From contig NW_027139217.1 of assembly GCF_035084215.1 (NCBI RefSeq), forward strand, positions 310,001 through 374,000: a stretch of 64,000 bases of DNA, read 5' to 3'. Of the stretch, positions 32,925-46,612 are shown piece by piece. The translations under genes were made by a program, and so were the position numbers. Each line of letters begins with the position of its first letter. The stretch's first letter is position 1. The stretch comes from Heptranchias perlo. Its lineage: Eukaryota. Under the pieces are notes generated by a model. That model worked only from the letters and a program-made list of their open reading frames with translations, was not told the DNA's origin and did not search any database.

Positions 32925-35900
32925 GGGGCCGATTTTCAGATGGCCGAGCGGCGGCATTGGGGGCGGGGGGTTCCTAAAATGGCGGAATCCCGGAGCGGGT
33001 TCAGAGCCTGGCTCCAACCTGCTGACTTCCGGGTTCCCCAGTGACGTGTTCGGGTGCGCGCGCAGCTCCCGCATGTGGGACTCCCACCGGCAATTAAAGC
33101 CGGCGGGATGCTGCTTTAGATAGTCAGATACTTGAGGTACTTGACAGACCTCATTGAGTGGAGATTTTGGCAGGGGTGCAATTTTGAAGGATCCTCAGCG
33201 TGTTTCCCGTGCTGTGGGAAACACTCCCTGTTGGAGCAGACGTGTTTCACTCAGCAGCCAGTGGGAGATGCAAAGGATTATTTGACAGGTGGGGGGAAAA
33301 CCTCATTTATTGCAGCAGGGCACTCTGTCACTTCAGACTAAGTTTTGGCTGCAACACCTTTGTCTTTCCACTCAAAATTATTAATTTAGATCCTAAACTC
33401 TGCTGTGCAAACACGTTTACCTAGTTTGCGGACCCCCTCAAACTCACACCGTCAGGATGGGGGGCACCATGGCTGCATTCATCACTTCATCCGAGGACGG
33501 GCACCATCACCAGCCTCGCCAGGCACGCCGTCCACCTCCGCCACATGGAGCTCCACAACACAGTGCTGCACCACAGGGACCTGCACAAAATAGTCATGGA
33601 ACTCCACGTACACCCACTGTAGGGTCACCCAATGGGTGGCATCAAGTGTGGGTGCTCATGGAGAACCTCATGAAAGGGACTTATTACACAAGCCAGTCAA
33701 AAATGGCCAAGACGTGGCAGTAGTGGTGACAATAATAATATTTAATGTGCCATTAACAAAAATGAAATATAAATACAAAACATGACAAACCGTCAAACCC
33801 CCTTGTGCATCCCCTTCGTGCTGACAAAACCTTCACCTTTCTCTTCCGACTACTCCCACGTGGTGCATCCCCTGTGGCTGCAGCAGACGTAGTGGCAGGT
33901 TGCTCTCGTTCATGCCCTGACCAATTAGATGCTTTGGGCCTTCGCCCTCTGGGTTTCGGTGCCCATGAGGGCCCCTCCAAAGACTGCTCACCTGCACCTG
34001 TGCAGGGGCAGACTCGACCACCTGGAGAGGAGGCAGCATTGTGGGTACAGGTTGAGAGGGGGGCAACGGGTGAGACGTGGGGGTGCTTTGAGTGGCTTCC
34101 CCACTTCCATGCCCCCTTTCGCCATCATCCCTCTCCTGGGCCAGGCCCACATCACTCCTACCACCCTGCTGGACGACAGTTTGGAGGACATGTGTGAAGT
34201 CTTGTCAGGCCAGTGCCAGAGTATCTGCCTGCCTGTTTAAGGCGGCAGAAAGTTGCTCACCCTGAGTCCGAAGGGCCGTTGTCAGGGCCTCAATGGAATC
34301 ATTGGTGAGCCGTGCTTGAAGCTCCATGGAAGCTAGCCTTCCCTCCATCGCAGACATTCCCGCACTTACCCGCGACACTATCTCAGAGATTCCCTCATGT
34401 CCCTGTGACAGTATCTCAGAGATTCCCTCACATCCCTGTGACAGTATCTCAGAGATTCCCTCACGTCCCTGTGACACTATCTCAGAGATTCCCTCACGTC
34501 CCTGTGACAGTATCTCAGAGATTCCCTCACGTCCCTGTGACACTATCTCAGAGATTCCCTCACGTCCCTGTGACAGTATCTCAGAGATTCCCTCACGTCC
34601 CTGTGACACTATCTCAGAGATTCCCTCACGTCCCTGTGACACTATCTCAGAGATTCCCTCACGTCCCTGTGACACTATCTCAGAGGTTCCTTCCTGTACC
34701 TGTGCCACCATTCCACTCATGCAGGAGTTGGACTCCTCCATCCTCTGCGTGATTGTGGAGAGTGCGCGTGGCACTTGTTCCAGCACCTCGTAAATGTGCT
34801 GCTGCCCCTCGATCATTCTCCTTTTCATGGTTGGCCCCCAGGGTTCAGCATCTGTGTCCTGCTGAGCAGAGCCTGGAGAGGAGTGCTCCCACCGACAGGG
34901 ACTCTCCACAGCTGCCCCTGCCACCAGTGTCTGCTGGTGCTCACATGGGTGTGGTGACTCACCGTGTGCGACCCCAATTAAGTGAGGACGGGGACCCACC
35001 AAGGTGTGAGTATCTGCGCTGGTGGATGGCTCGCTCAGATGTGACGGTGCCCCCGAAGGCCGGCAGGTCCTCTGAGGAATCGCCCTCCACTGTCATGGCG
35101 GTCGCTGAAGGCCCTGTAAGAGAACAAAAGGTAATATTAAGCATGATGACAGATGTTGAGGTGCTGAAGATGGCGAGGCATGTTAATATCGTTTGCTATT
35201 GTGAGTGCTGAATGTTAAAGTTCTGTCACCAGATGTTTGTCGGGTGGCAGCCTCGATGTCCCCGACGGACAGGCACTCGAGGGTGCGGCTCAGCTCCAGA
35301 GCCTCCTGCTCCGCGTCTGTGAGGACGACCAGATGTTGTGCCCCCCTCCGGTCTTCGCCCTCTCCCATGCATTCTGGGCTCTCTTTTATAAGGGGAGAAA
35401 GTAGAGAGGCGTGAGTGAGGGATGGTGACGTGGCCAACCGCTGAATGCATTGGTTTGGGTGCGGCTGACCGTGAAAGAGATGCATCAGAGGGTGAGTATG
35501 AGACAGAGCCATGAGATTGTATGAGGATTGGGTTGAGTGGTAGTGGTGGGGTGAGTACTGGGGAGGTGAGGAAGTGCAGGTAAGTTGAGGATGAGGTTTG
35601 AGTGGGTGTGAGGAGTGATGTGATAGAGTAGTGTTGGCAGTGCAGAAGGAGTTGTGGGGTGGGGGCGGTGATGTGGAAGATGGAGTGTAGGAGAATGAGT
35701 AAGTGTGCTCACTTTGACTGACCTGGTTAGGTCATTGAAGCGCTTCCTGCACTGGATCCATATGCGGGAGACGTTGCTGCTGCTGGTGACCTCCTCTGCC
35801 ACCTCGAGCCAGGCCTTCTTGGTGGCAGAGACAGGCCACTTCCTCCCGTCCGCCGGGTAGAAGATCTCCCTCCTCCTCACCCCATCCAGTCGGATCTGGA

Positions 35901-36211
35901 GTGAGGTATCGGTAAATCTGGGAGCAGCCTTTCCCCTGGGCTGCTCCATTCTATAATTTTGGTTGTTTGCTGCAGGAGCAGCCATTGGAGGACTGCCCCT
36001 TTAAATAGGGCTCCTCCTGCTGACAGCCTGTGATGTGGGTGCGCAGGCCGCCCGCTGCGCAGGTTGACGACGGGAAACCCGGAAGCCACGGTAAGTGGCT
36101 TCAATTTACCCGCGATCGCGTGGGGAACGGATGGATTTTACTGGGCGGGTTACCCACGCACCCAGTCGCCCCCCCCTGCTGCCAACCCACCTCCCTGGTA
36201 ATATCGGGGCC
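32925..36211 (-). mobile_element. Non-autonomous Harbinger/PIF transposon with spliced Myb/SANT gene and deleted transposase
   Basis: 3-bp TSD CAT and imperfect TIRs (GGGGCCGATTTT / rc GGCCCCGATATT). Myb exon 35713-35949 reads MEQPRGKAAPRF..W.EVA..QCRKRFNDL; only a short putative transposase N-terminus remains at 33457-33590. Confidence 0.82.
34375..34690. repeat. 33-bp in-frame tandem repeat (QGREGISEIVS) in the Harbinger Myb gene
   Basis: About 10 units of cacgtccctgtgacactatctcagagattccct. Confidence 0.9.
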
Positions 36212-38624
36212 CATAATTCAGTTAGATTTAGCATAGTTATGGAAAAGGACAAAGATAGAACAGGAGTAAAAGGTCGAAATTGGGGAAAGGGCAATTTTAC
36301 TAAGCTGAGAAGTGATTTCGCGAAAGTGGACTGGAAACAGCTACTTGAAGGTAAATCAGTGTCAGAGCAGTGGGAGACATTCAAGGGGGAGATTCAAGGG
36401 GTTCAGAGTAAACATGTTCCCACAAAGAAAAAGGGTGGGACTCCCAAATCTAGAGTCCCCTGGATGACAAGGAGCACACAGGGTAAAATAAGGCAAAAAA
36501 GGGAAGTTTATGTCAGACACCGAGAGCTCAATAGTGCAGAAAGCCTGGAGGAGTCTAGAAAGTGCAGGGGTGAAATTAAAAAGGAAATTAGGAAAACAAA
36601 GAGAGGGCATGAAAAAGTACTGGCAAGTAAAGTTAAAGAAAACCCAAAAATGTTTTCTAAATACATAAAGAGCAAGAGGATAACTAAGGAAAGAGTAGAG
36701 CCTATTAGAGACCAAAAAGGTAACCTGTGTGTGGAGGGGGAAGATGTGGGAATCGTTCTTCATGAATACTTTGCTTCTGTCTTCACAAAGGAGAGGGACG
36801 ATGCAGAGATTATAGTTAAGGAGGAGGAGTGTGAAATATTGGATGGGATAAACATAGTGAGAGAGGAAGTATTTAGGGGATTAGCATCTTTGAAAGTGCC
36901 AGGCTCGGATGAAATGAATTCCAGGCTGTTAAGAGAAGCAAGGGAGGAAATAGCGGAGGCTCTGACCATCATTTTCCAATCCTCCCTGGATACAGGCGTG
37001 GTGCCAGGGGATTGGAGGACTGCTAACGTTGTCCCATTGTTTAAAAAGGGAGAAAGAGATAAACCGAATAATTACAGGCCAGTCAGTCTAACCTCGGTGG
37101 TGGGCAAATTATTGGAATCGATTCTGAGGGACAGGATAAATCATCATTTAGAAAGGTACGGGTTAATCAAGGACAGTCAGCATGGATTTGTTAAGGAAAG
37201 GATGTGTCTGACCAACTTGATTGAATTTTTTGATGAGGTAACAAGGAGGGTCGATGAGGGTAGTGCGTTTGATGTAGTCTACATGGATTTTAGCAAGGCT
37301 TTTGACAAGGTCCCACATGGCAGACTGATCAAAAAGGTAAAAGCCCATGGGATCCAAGGGAAAGTGGCAAGTTGGATCCAAAATTGGCTCAGTGTCAGGA
37401 AGCAAAGGGTAATAGTCGACAGGTGTTTATGTGACTGGAAGGCTGTTTCCAGTGGGGTTCCACAAGGCTCAGTACTGGGTCCCTTGCTTTTTGTGGTATA
37501 TATTAATGATTTGGACTTGAATGTGGGGGCTTGATCAAGAAGTTTGCAGATGACACAAAAATTGGCAGTGTGGTTGATAGTGAGGAGGAAATAAATATTC
37601 TATTCTATGATTGAGATGATTACTGCAGGAAGATATCAATGGGCTGGTCAGGTGGGCAGAAAAGTGGCAAATGGAATTCAATCCAGAGATGTGTGAGGTA
37701 ATGCCTTTGGGGAGGGCAAACAAGGCAAGGGAATACACAATAAATGGGAGGATACTGAGAGGTGTAGAGGAACAGAGGGACCTTGGAGTGCATGTCCACA
37801 GATCCCTGAAGGTAGCAGGACAGGTAGATAAGGTGGTTAAAAAGGCATACGGGATACTTTCCTTTATTAGCTGAGGCATAGAATATAAGAGCAGGGAGGT
37901 TATGCTGGAACTGTATAAAACACTGGTTAGACCACAGCTTGAGTACTGTGTACAGTTCTGGTCACCACATTACAGGAAAGATGTAATTGCACTAGAGAGG
38001 GTACAGAGGAGATTTACGAGGATGTTGCCAGGGCTGGAGAATTTTAGCTATGAGGAAAGATTGGATAGGCTGGGGTTGTTCTCTTTGGAACAAAGGAGGC
38101 TGAGGGGAGATTTAACTGAGGCGTATAAAATTATGAGGGGCCTCGATAGGGTGGATAGGAAGGACCTATTTCCCTTAACAGGGGCGTCAGCAACCAGGGG
38201 GCATCGATTTAAAGTAATTAGTAGAAGGATTAGAGGGGAGCTGAGGAGAAATGTTTTCACCCAGAGGGTGGTGGGGGTCTGGAACTCACTGCCTGAAAGG
38301 GTGGGAGAGGCAGAAACCCTCAACTCATTTAAAAAGTACCTGGATGTGCACCTGAAGAGCCGTAACCTACAGGGCTACGTACCAAGTGCTGGAAAGTGGA
38401 ATTAAGCTGGATGGCTCTTTTTCGGCCGGCACAGACTCAATGGGCCAAATGGCTTCCTTCTGTGCCCTCACTTTCTGTGATTCTATGATTGCTATGATTG
38501 GTGAACTCTATTATCATTGTATCATGTGACCACCAGGATAACGGGAGGAGAACGAGAGGACCCTGGTCTTTTTCCGTCCAGCAATTCCTATATTTCTCTT
38601 CCTCCATCTCCATCATTATTGGAC

Positions 38625-39960
38625 ATAGGATCACGAGGAGGCCATTCAGCCCCTCGAGCCTGTTCCATCATTCAACTAGATCATGACTGATCTGTATCTT
38701 AACTCCATCTCCCGCCTTGGTTCCGTAACCCTTAATACCCGTGTCCAGCAAAAATCGATCAATCTCAGTTTTGTAATTTTCAATTGACCCCCAGTCTCAA
38801 CAGCTTTTTGGGGGAGAGAGTTCCAGATTTCCACTCCCCTTTGTGTGAAGAAATGCTTCCTGACATCACCCTGAACGGCCGAGCTCTAATTTTAAGGTTA
38901 TGCCCCCTTGTTCTGGACTCCCCCATCAGAGGAAATAGTTTCTCTCTATCTACCCTATCAAATCCTTTAATCATTTTAAACACCTCAATTAGATCACCCC
39001 TTAATCTTCTATATTCAAGGGAATACAAGCCGAGTCTGTACAACCTGTCCTCGTAATTTAACCCTTTAAACCCTGGGATCATTCTGGTGAATCTGGGCTG
39101 CACCCCCTCCAAGGCCAATCTATCCTTCCTGAGGTGCGGTGCCCAGAACTGAACACAGTCTCCAGATGTGGGCTGACCAGAGCTCTGCACAGCTGGAACA
39201 TAACTTCCTCCCCTTTGTATTCCAGCCCCCGAGATAAAGGCCAACGTTCCATTAGCCTTTCCCAATCCTTTTTGTACCTCTCCACTGGCTTTTAATGATT
39301 TCTGGACTTGGACTCCCAAATCTCTCTGTTCCTCTCCAGTTCCTAGTTTCTCACCGTGTAGAAAATACTCTGATTTATCTTTCTTAGGTCTAAAGTCGAT
39401 GACCTCACACTTCCTCACTTTGAACTCCATCTGCCTCGGTTTTACCCACTCACTTTATCGATCGATCAACTCATCTCTCAATGTCCCTTTGTTACTTCCT
39501 GATCCCACCTACACTAATTACTCTGCCACCTAACTTAGTGTCATCAGTAAACTTAGATATACAGCTCTCTATTCCTTCATCTAAATCATTTATAAATAGA
39601 GTGAAAAGCTGAGGCCCCAGTACAGATCCCTGGGGGACACCACTAGTCACATCCTGCCAATCTGAGTCCATTCCCATTATCCCCACTCTCTGTCTCCAAC
39701 CTCCTGACCAATTCCCCATCCAAGCCTCCAATTCCATCCGCTCTCATTTTTGTTAAGTCTCTTATGTGGCACCTTATCGAATACCTTCTGGAAAAGTCCA
39801 TAGAAATAATATCCACAGACACTCCCTTATCCCACGTTAGTTACTGACGCAAAAAATTCCACCAGGTTCGTTAGACATGACTTACCCGTTACAAATCCAC
39901 ACTGACTCTCTCTGATCAGATTATATTTAATGAAATGCTCAGTCACTCTGTCCCTGATAA
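38625..39960 (-). mobile_element. CR1 LINE fragment
   Basis: [37 protein letters not shown]. Confidence 0.85.
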
Positions 39961-40199
39961 CAGATTCTAGTAACATTGTTGTTTGAGATTTGAGCCCACT
40001 GAGGGATGGAGATCAGGAAGAGGGATTGGATGTGGGAGCTGGAATGTAATGTGTACAGGAGAGGCCTCAGTCTGAATCCGGTAGTGATGTTGCTTTTGGA
40101 TCATGGGAAATGATATATCAAATGTTGAGCTTCAAACCTTCAGCTGACACAGACCCTGTCAATTCTCCCTCCGCTCCTTCAGATATTGGTCTCCCAATT

Positions 40200-41270
40200 G
40201 GCTGGAGTCATACCGAGCACAAAGGAAGATGGTAGTGGTTGTTGGAGGCCAATCATCTCAGCCCCAGAGCATTGCTGCAGGAGTTCCTCAGGGCAGTGTC
40301 CTCGACCCAACCATCTTCAGCTGCTTCATCAATGACCTTCCCTCCATCATAAGGTCAGAAATGGGGATGTTCGCTGATGATTGCACAGTGTTCAGTTCCA
40401 TTCGCAACCCCTCAGATAATGAAGCAGTCCGTGCCCGCAAGCAGCAAGACCTGGACAACATCCAGGCTTGGGCTGATGTCTGGCGCGAATGTTACTTGCC
40501 AGTTAAGTGCCAGGCAATGACCATCTCCAACAAGAGAGAGTCCAACCATCTCCCTATGACATTCAACGACATTACCATCGCCGAATCCCCCACCATCAAC
40601 ATCCTGGGGGTCACCATTGACCAGAAACTTAACTGGACCAGCCACGTAAATACTGTGGCTACAAGAGCAGGTCAGGGGGTGGGTATTCTGTGGCGAGTGA
40701 CTCACCTCCTGATTCCCCAAAACCTTTCCACCATCTACAAGGCGCAAGTCAGGAGTGTGATGGAATACTCTCCACTTGCTTGGATGAGTGCAGCTCCAAC
40801 AACACTCAAGAAGCTCGACACCATCCAGGACAAAGCAGCCTACTTGATTGGCATCCCATCCACCACCCTAAACATTCACTCCCTTCACCACCGGCGCACC
40901 GTGGCTGCAGTGTGTACCATCTACAGGATGCACTGCAGCAACTCGCCAAGGCTTCTTTGACAGCACCTCCCAAACCCGCAAAATCCACCACCTAGAAGGA
41001 CAAGGGCAGCAGGCACATGGGAACAACACCACCTGCACGTTCCCCTCCAAGTCACACACCATCCCGACTTGGAAATATATCGCCGTTCCTTCATCGTCGC
41101 TGGGTCAAAATTCTGGAACCCCCTTCCTAACAGCACTGTGGGAGAACCGTCACCACACGGACTGCAGCGGTTCAAGAAGGCGGCTCACCACCACCTTCTC
41201 AAGGGCAATTAGGGATGGGCAATAAATGCCGGCCTTGCCAGCGACGCCCACATCCCATGAACAAATTTTT
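40200..41270 (+). mobile_element. CR1-like LINE RT C-terminus plus 3' end
   Basis: [24 protein letters not shown]. Confidence 0.85.
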
Positions 41271-41374
41271 AAAAAGTCCATTGCCTTCTCCTGATGGGGA
41301 ATCAGAGGCCTGGTGAAAGCTTGTTCTCCCCCCATAGCTTTCCTCTCCCTTCATTGTGGATGTTTTCTGTAAGA

Positions 41375-42135
41375 CTTCAAAAATGTTGCCAAGAAGAGTA
41401 GGATTGGGAGAGCTTTAGAAACCAACAAAGGACGACCAAAAAATTGATAAAAAGAGAGAAAATAGAATATGAAAGTAAATTAGTAAGAAATATAAAAACG
41501 GATTGTAAGAGCTTCTACAATTATGTAAAAAGGAAGAGAGTAGCAAAAGTAAACGTGGGTCCCTTAGAGGCTGAGACAGGAGAAATTATAATGGGGAATC
41601 AGGAAATGGCAGATGCGTTAAAGAAATATTTTGTATCTATCTTCACAGTAGAAGACACAAAAAGCAGACCAGAAATAGTGGAGAACCAAGGGGTAAATGA
41701 GAGCGAGGAACTTAAAACAATTAATATCACCAGCGAAAAAGTACTGGACAAACTAATGGGACCAAATGCTGATAAATCCCCTGGACTTGATGGCCGACAT
41801 CCAAGGGTTCTAAAAGAGGTGGCTGCAGAGATAGTGGATGCATTGGTTGTGATCTTCCAAAATTCTCCAGATTGTGGAACGGTTCTGGTGGATTGGAAGG
41901 TAGCAAATGTTACCCCTCTATTCAAGATGGGAAGGAGAGAGAAAACGGGGAACTACAGGCCAGTTAGCCTGACATCAGTCGTCGGGAAAATGCTGGAATC
42001 CATTATTAAGGAAGTGGTAACAGAGCACTTAGAAAATCATAAAATGATTAGGCAGAGTCAGCACGGTTTTATGAAAGGGAAATCGTCTTTGACAAATTTA
42101 TTAGAGTTTTTTTGAGGATGGAACTAGCAGGGTAA
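41375..42135 (+). mobile_element. CR1 ORF2 fragment
   Basis: KSPGLDG.HPRVLKE, NYRPVSLTSVVGK, QHGF. Confidence 0.85.
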
Positions 42136-42957
42136 ACATAGAAACAGAAAATAGGAGCAGGAGTAGGCCATTCGGCCCTTCGAGCCTGCTCCGCCATTCA
42201 ATATGATCATGGCTGATCGTCTATCTCAGACCCATATTCCCGCTCTCTCCCCATACCCCATGATACCTTCTGTGTCTAGAAATCTATCTATTTCCTTCTT
42301 AAATATATTCAGTGACTTGGCCTCCACAGCCTTCTGTGGTAGAGAATTCCACAGGTTCACCACCCTCTGAGAGAAGAAATTTCTCCTCATCTCAGTCCTA
42401 TCCCGTATCCTGAGACTGTGACCCCTCGTTCTGGAACCCCCAGCCAGGGGAAACATCCTCCCTGCATCCAGTCTCTCTAGCCCGGTCAGAATTTTATATG
42501 TTTCAATGAGATCCCCTCTCATTCTTCTAAACTCTAGTGGATACAGGCCTCGTCGACCCAATCTCTCCTCATACGACAGTCCTGCCATCCCAGGAATCAG
42601 TCTGGTGAACCTTCGCTGCACTCCCTCTATGGCAAGTATATCCTTTCTTAGGTAAGGAGACCAAAACTGCACACAATACTCCAGGCGTGGTCTCACCAAG
42701 GCCCTGTATAACTGCAGTAAGATATCTTTGCTCCTGTACTCAAATCCCCTTGCAATGAAGGCCAACACACCATTTGCCTTCCTAACTGCTTGCTGCACCT
42801 GCATGTTTGCTTTCAGTGACTGGTGTACAAGGACACCCAGGTCCCTTCGTACATCAACATTTCCCAATCTATCACCATTTAAATAATACTCTGCCTTTCT
42901 GTTTTTCCTTCCAAAGTGGATAACTTCACATTTATCCACGTTATACTGCATCTGCCA
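42136..42957 (-). mobile_element. CR1 3' fragment
   Basis: WQMQYNVDKCEV..LEYCVQFWSP..WNSLP, with an acatagaa tail. Confidence 0.88.
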
Positions 42958-43742
42958 CAGCAACCTCTGCAAGACAAGCCAGATCATCGACACAGATACC
43001 ACCATCACACGAGAGGACACCACCCACCAGGTACATGGTTCACACTCCTGTGACTCGGCCAACGTTGTCTACCTCATACGTTGCAGGAAAGGATGCCCCG
43101 GAGCATGGTACATTGACGAGACCATGCAGACACTGCGACAACGGATGAACGGACACCGCGCAACAATCGCCAGTCAGGAGGGTTCCCTCCCAGTCGGGGA
43201 ACACTTCAGCAGTCAAGGACATTCAGCCTCCGATCTTCGGGTAAGCGTTCTCCAAGGCGGCCTTCGAGACACACGACAACGCAAAATCGTCGAGCAGAAA
43301 TTGATAGCCAAGTTCCGCACCCATGAGGACGGCCTCAACCGGGATCTTGGGTTCATGTCACGCTACATGTAACCCCACCAGCAAAAAAAGTTATCTGTTT
43401 TTAATACAACTGGTCATTCTCTCTCTTTCGCTGCCTTTCGGGTGTTTCTCTCTCTCTCTCTCTCTGTCTTTGTGTTCTGACCGCTTGTGTATTCAGTGGT
43501 CGGGGATGTAATGTTTCTCTGTCTGAACACCATCCATTCCTTTGATTACTTTGATTATATCTATGCCGAGATGTGATAACGGGCAGTTAGAAAGATTATC
43601 TGTAATCACCAGGCATTGTTCTCTGACTATATATGCTGTGCATTTACGGAATCCTACACTCACCTGACGAAGGAGGAAAGCTCCGAAAGCTTGTGATTCC
43701 AAATAAAGCTGTTGGACTATAACCTGGTGTTGTAAGACTCCT
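42958..43742 (+). mobile_element. Penelope-like element: GIY-YIG endonuclease plus terminal repeat with hammerhead-like motif
   Basis: NVVYLIRC..C...YI.ET...LRQRMNGH..VGEHF..E..I...GLN; CTGACGA-GGAG/CTCC-GAAA at 43664-43688. Confidence 0.82.
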
Positions 43743-43829
43743 TCCATTTGATTGAATGGTGGAGCAGGATCGAGGGGCCGAATGGCCAATGCTGTTCCTA
43801 TTTCTTATGTTCATATAAAGGGGAAAACA

Positions 43830-44440
43830 GGAAGTGTGAAAGACACGAGAGCACAAGGAGCTGAGCATTAAAGGGAGGGAATAGTGATGTGTGCCAACTT
43901 TGAGATCAGAATTCCCGCTTTTACCTGGGAGCCGGCAGACAGAGTTGTGAGACATTGGGAGTGAGTGATTGGCTGGGGTTCCAAGGTGGTCGGGAACTTG
44001 TGGGAACAGTGAAGTCTCTTCATGTTGAACAAGGTGAACTGTGGGGAGCTGGTGAGTGGAAAACACACACAGCACAGAATCAGCTGAGCACTCTGGGAGG
44101 TCACTCTCACTTTGACCATCCTTGTGATGAACTTCCTGCACTGTCCACCTGTCGGGGGCAGTGGAAGTGACACTGATGCCCGATGCCACCTCTCTCCACC
44201 AGGCTGCCACCACTGATTGGGAAGGCCTTTCCCCAGACAGGCTCTCCCTCCTTTGCCTAACCTCCTGCAGTCGAACCTCCAGCTCCCCATCTCCAAGGGT
44301 AACTGGCACTGCCCTCCCTGTGCCCTGGCAGCCACCATTAAAGGACGATCAGACTGACCCCTTTTAGCACCCGCAGGACGTTAAATTCTTCACCTGTGTC
44401 AAAGGCCAACCCCTAGTAGGAGAGCACCCGTTCATAGATA
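43830..44440 (-). mobile_element. Degenerate Harbinger Myb/SANT fragment
   Basis: GELEVRLQEVRQRRESL..AWWREVASGIS..QCRKF. Confidence 0.5.
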
Positions 44441-45566
44441 AGTGAGCTGACCCCAGGGCCCATGTAGGATGGGAGATAGTGGGGGTTAAATTGGATCACC
44501 CCCGAATCCGGGCGTGGGGGTCGCGGTGCGCGGTTAACCCGTGCCCCGAGGTTCCGATATTGGAACACGCGTGATTCGTGCCTCCGGATCAGCTCCGTGA
44601 TTTCTGCGTTGGGCGAGCGCTACCCGTGTCGTTGAGTGGCTCCACGCACCAGCAGGGGGCCTGATATGGGGCGTGGCCAGCACTAGTTAAAGGCAGCCTG
44701 CACCTCTTAAAGGGGAGGTGCACTGTCAATTCAAGCAGTGGAGGAGGACAAGTGGAACGGCTGGACCTGCGAGAGAGCGTGCCCCGAGGTTCTCCGACAG
44801 CGCACTGGAGGCCCTGGTGGAGGAGTGGACGCATGGAGGGCCATCCTGTACCTGCAGGGTGGCAGGAGACCCTCCAGACACCAGCTACAGAGGCAGTGGG
44901 AGGAAATGGCGCTGGAAGTGAATGCCAGGAGCATTGTGTCACGCACGTGGATACAGTGCAGGAAAAAGTTCAATGATCTGACACGAGTGGTCAAGGTAAG
45001 TGAATGCAAGTGTCAAGTGGCACATCGTACCAACACTGGTCCATGCATCACACCCCCCGTCACCCACCCGCCAGCAAACGCTGCCCCTCCGTAGGCAATG
45101 CTGCACTTCGCATGCTGCATCTCACCTGCACGTAGTACCACACTTGGAATCCACACACCCACCACTCACAGGTCACACACAAGGGCAGCTATTCGACCAT
45201 GACAGGCCCATCACCCAAACACCTTGCAGGACACTCACTGACACACTTCCCTCTGTCTTGCAGGAGAAGGTGGAGCAGAACAGCCGGCAGCAGGAGAGAA
45301 CGGACGGAGGGCAGGCACGTCTCCACGTCCTCACCCCCATGGAGGAGACAGCCCTGGGGATCATTGGATGGGCCATCACTGCGGCCGTGGACACTGGCGA
45401 CCCCGATGGGGAGGGGGGTGGTCTCTGCAAACCTAATCCTCCTTCTCGTTTCCCACACCTCCCTCATCCCACAATCTTTTCTGACTCACGCACTGCTGAT
45501 GCTGTCAGCACACACGTCTTATTTGCTGCTCTCCCCGCTCCACAACTCAACCAGTCTCCCTTTGTC

Positions 45567-46035
45567 AAAAGAAAGAAAGACTTGCATTTATATAGCACCT
45601 TTCACAACCCAGGACATCCCAAAGCACTTTACAGCCAATGAAGTATTTTCAAAGTGTCGTCACTGTTGTAATGTGGGAAACGGGGCAGCCAATTATCACA
45701 CAGCAAGATCCCACAAACAGTAATATGATAATGAGCAGAGAATGTGTTTTTTAGTGATGTTGTTTGAGGGATAAACATTGGCCAGGACACCGGGGAGAAC
45801 TCCCCTGCACTTCTTCGAAATAGTGGCCATGGGATCTTTCACATCCACCTGAGAGGGCAGACGGGGCCTCAGTTTAACGTCTCATCAGAAAGACGGCACC
45901 TCTGACAATGCAGCACTCCCTCAGTACTCCACGTGTCAGCCTAGATTTAGTGCTCAAGTCTCTGGAGTGTGAATTGAACCCACGACCTTCTGACTCAGAG
46001 GTGAGAGTGCTGCCCACTGGACCACGGCTGACACT
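45567..46035 (-). mobile_element. tRNA-derived SINE inserted in the Harbinger intron
   Basis: Head gtgtcagccgtggtccagtgg..ggttcaattc (A/B box-like); tail tatataaatgcaagtctttctt. Confidence 0.75.
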
Positions 46036-46612
46036 GCTTATCATTGCAGAAACCCAAGAACTGCAGCCAGCACCGTCTGAGGAGGAGGAGGAGGAAGACA
46101 GTGACACTGAAGAGACACCATCACTCGATCTGACACTCGCAGCCACGAGCTCAGAGACTGACACTGCGCCTCCTTTCGAGGTTAGGTTAGAGGAGGGATC
46201 TGTCCGTGGTGAGACACCGAGCACAGGGGCCGGGGCGGGGGGAACGGATACCACAGGTCCCAGCTCACCGGAGGGTCAGGTCACTCACTCGTTCTGCTGC
46301 CGAGGGGTCAGATGAGGACTTCGATGGGCCAGGGACAGAAGACGGCTGATGGACGAACACCACCAAATGCTCAGGGCACTGGAAAACCTGCCAGAAAGCC
46401 TGCGCACAATGAGAAGGGGCATGGAGGAGTCCAGCTCCAACTTGGCACAGGGCTTTGCGCAGAGCTTGGAGCCCATCCTTTCCCACATGGAACGGGTGGT
46501 CACCTCCATCAGCAAACCTGTGGAACCCACCGTGATACAGGGTCTGATGACCGATGTCTCAGCTTCCATTGCAGCACAGACCGATGTGATGAAAGGTCCG
46601 CAAACTACGGAT

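Larger units (their letters stand above)
32390..38490 (+). mobile_element. Long CR1 LINE ORF2 (endonuclease plus RT), interrupted by a Harbinger insertion at 32925-36211
   Basis: APE motifs (GDFN, LDLVL, SDH) at 32497-32924 continue as NSVRF.. after 36212. The RT runs to 38405 and ends in an (ttctatga)-like tail. Confidence 0.9.

Noticed and set aside
36095-38405. Active LINE or host reverse-transcriptase gene
   Set aside because: Interrupted by a Harbinger, an insertion near 37590 and in-frame stops.
45960-46035. tRNA gene
   Set aside because: A/B boxes belong to a SINE head; no cloverleaf.
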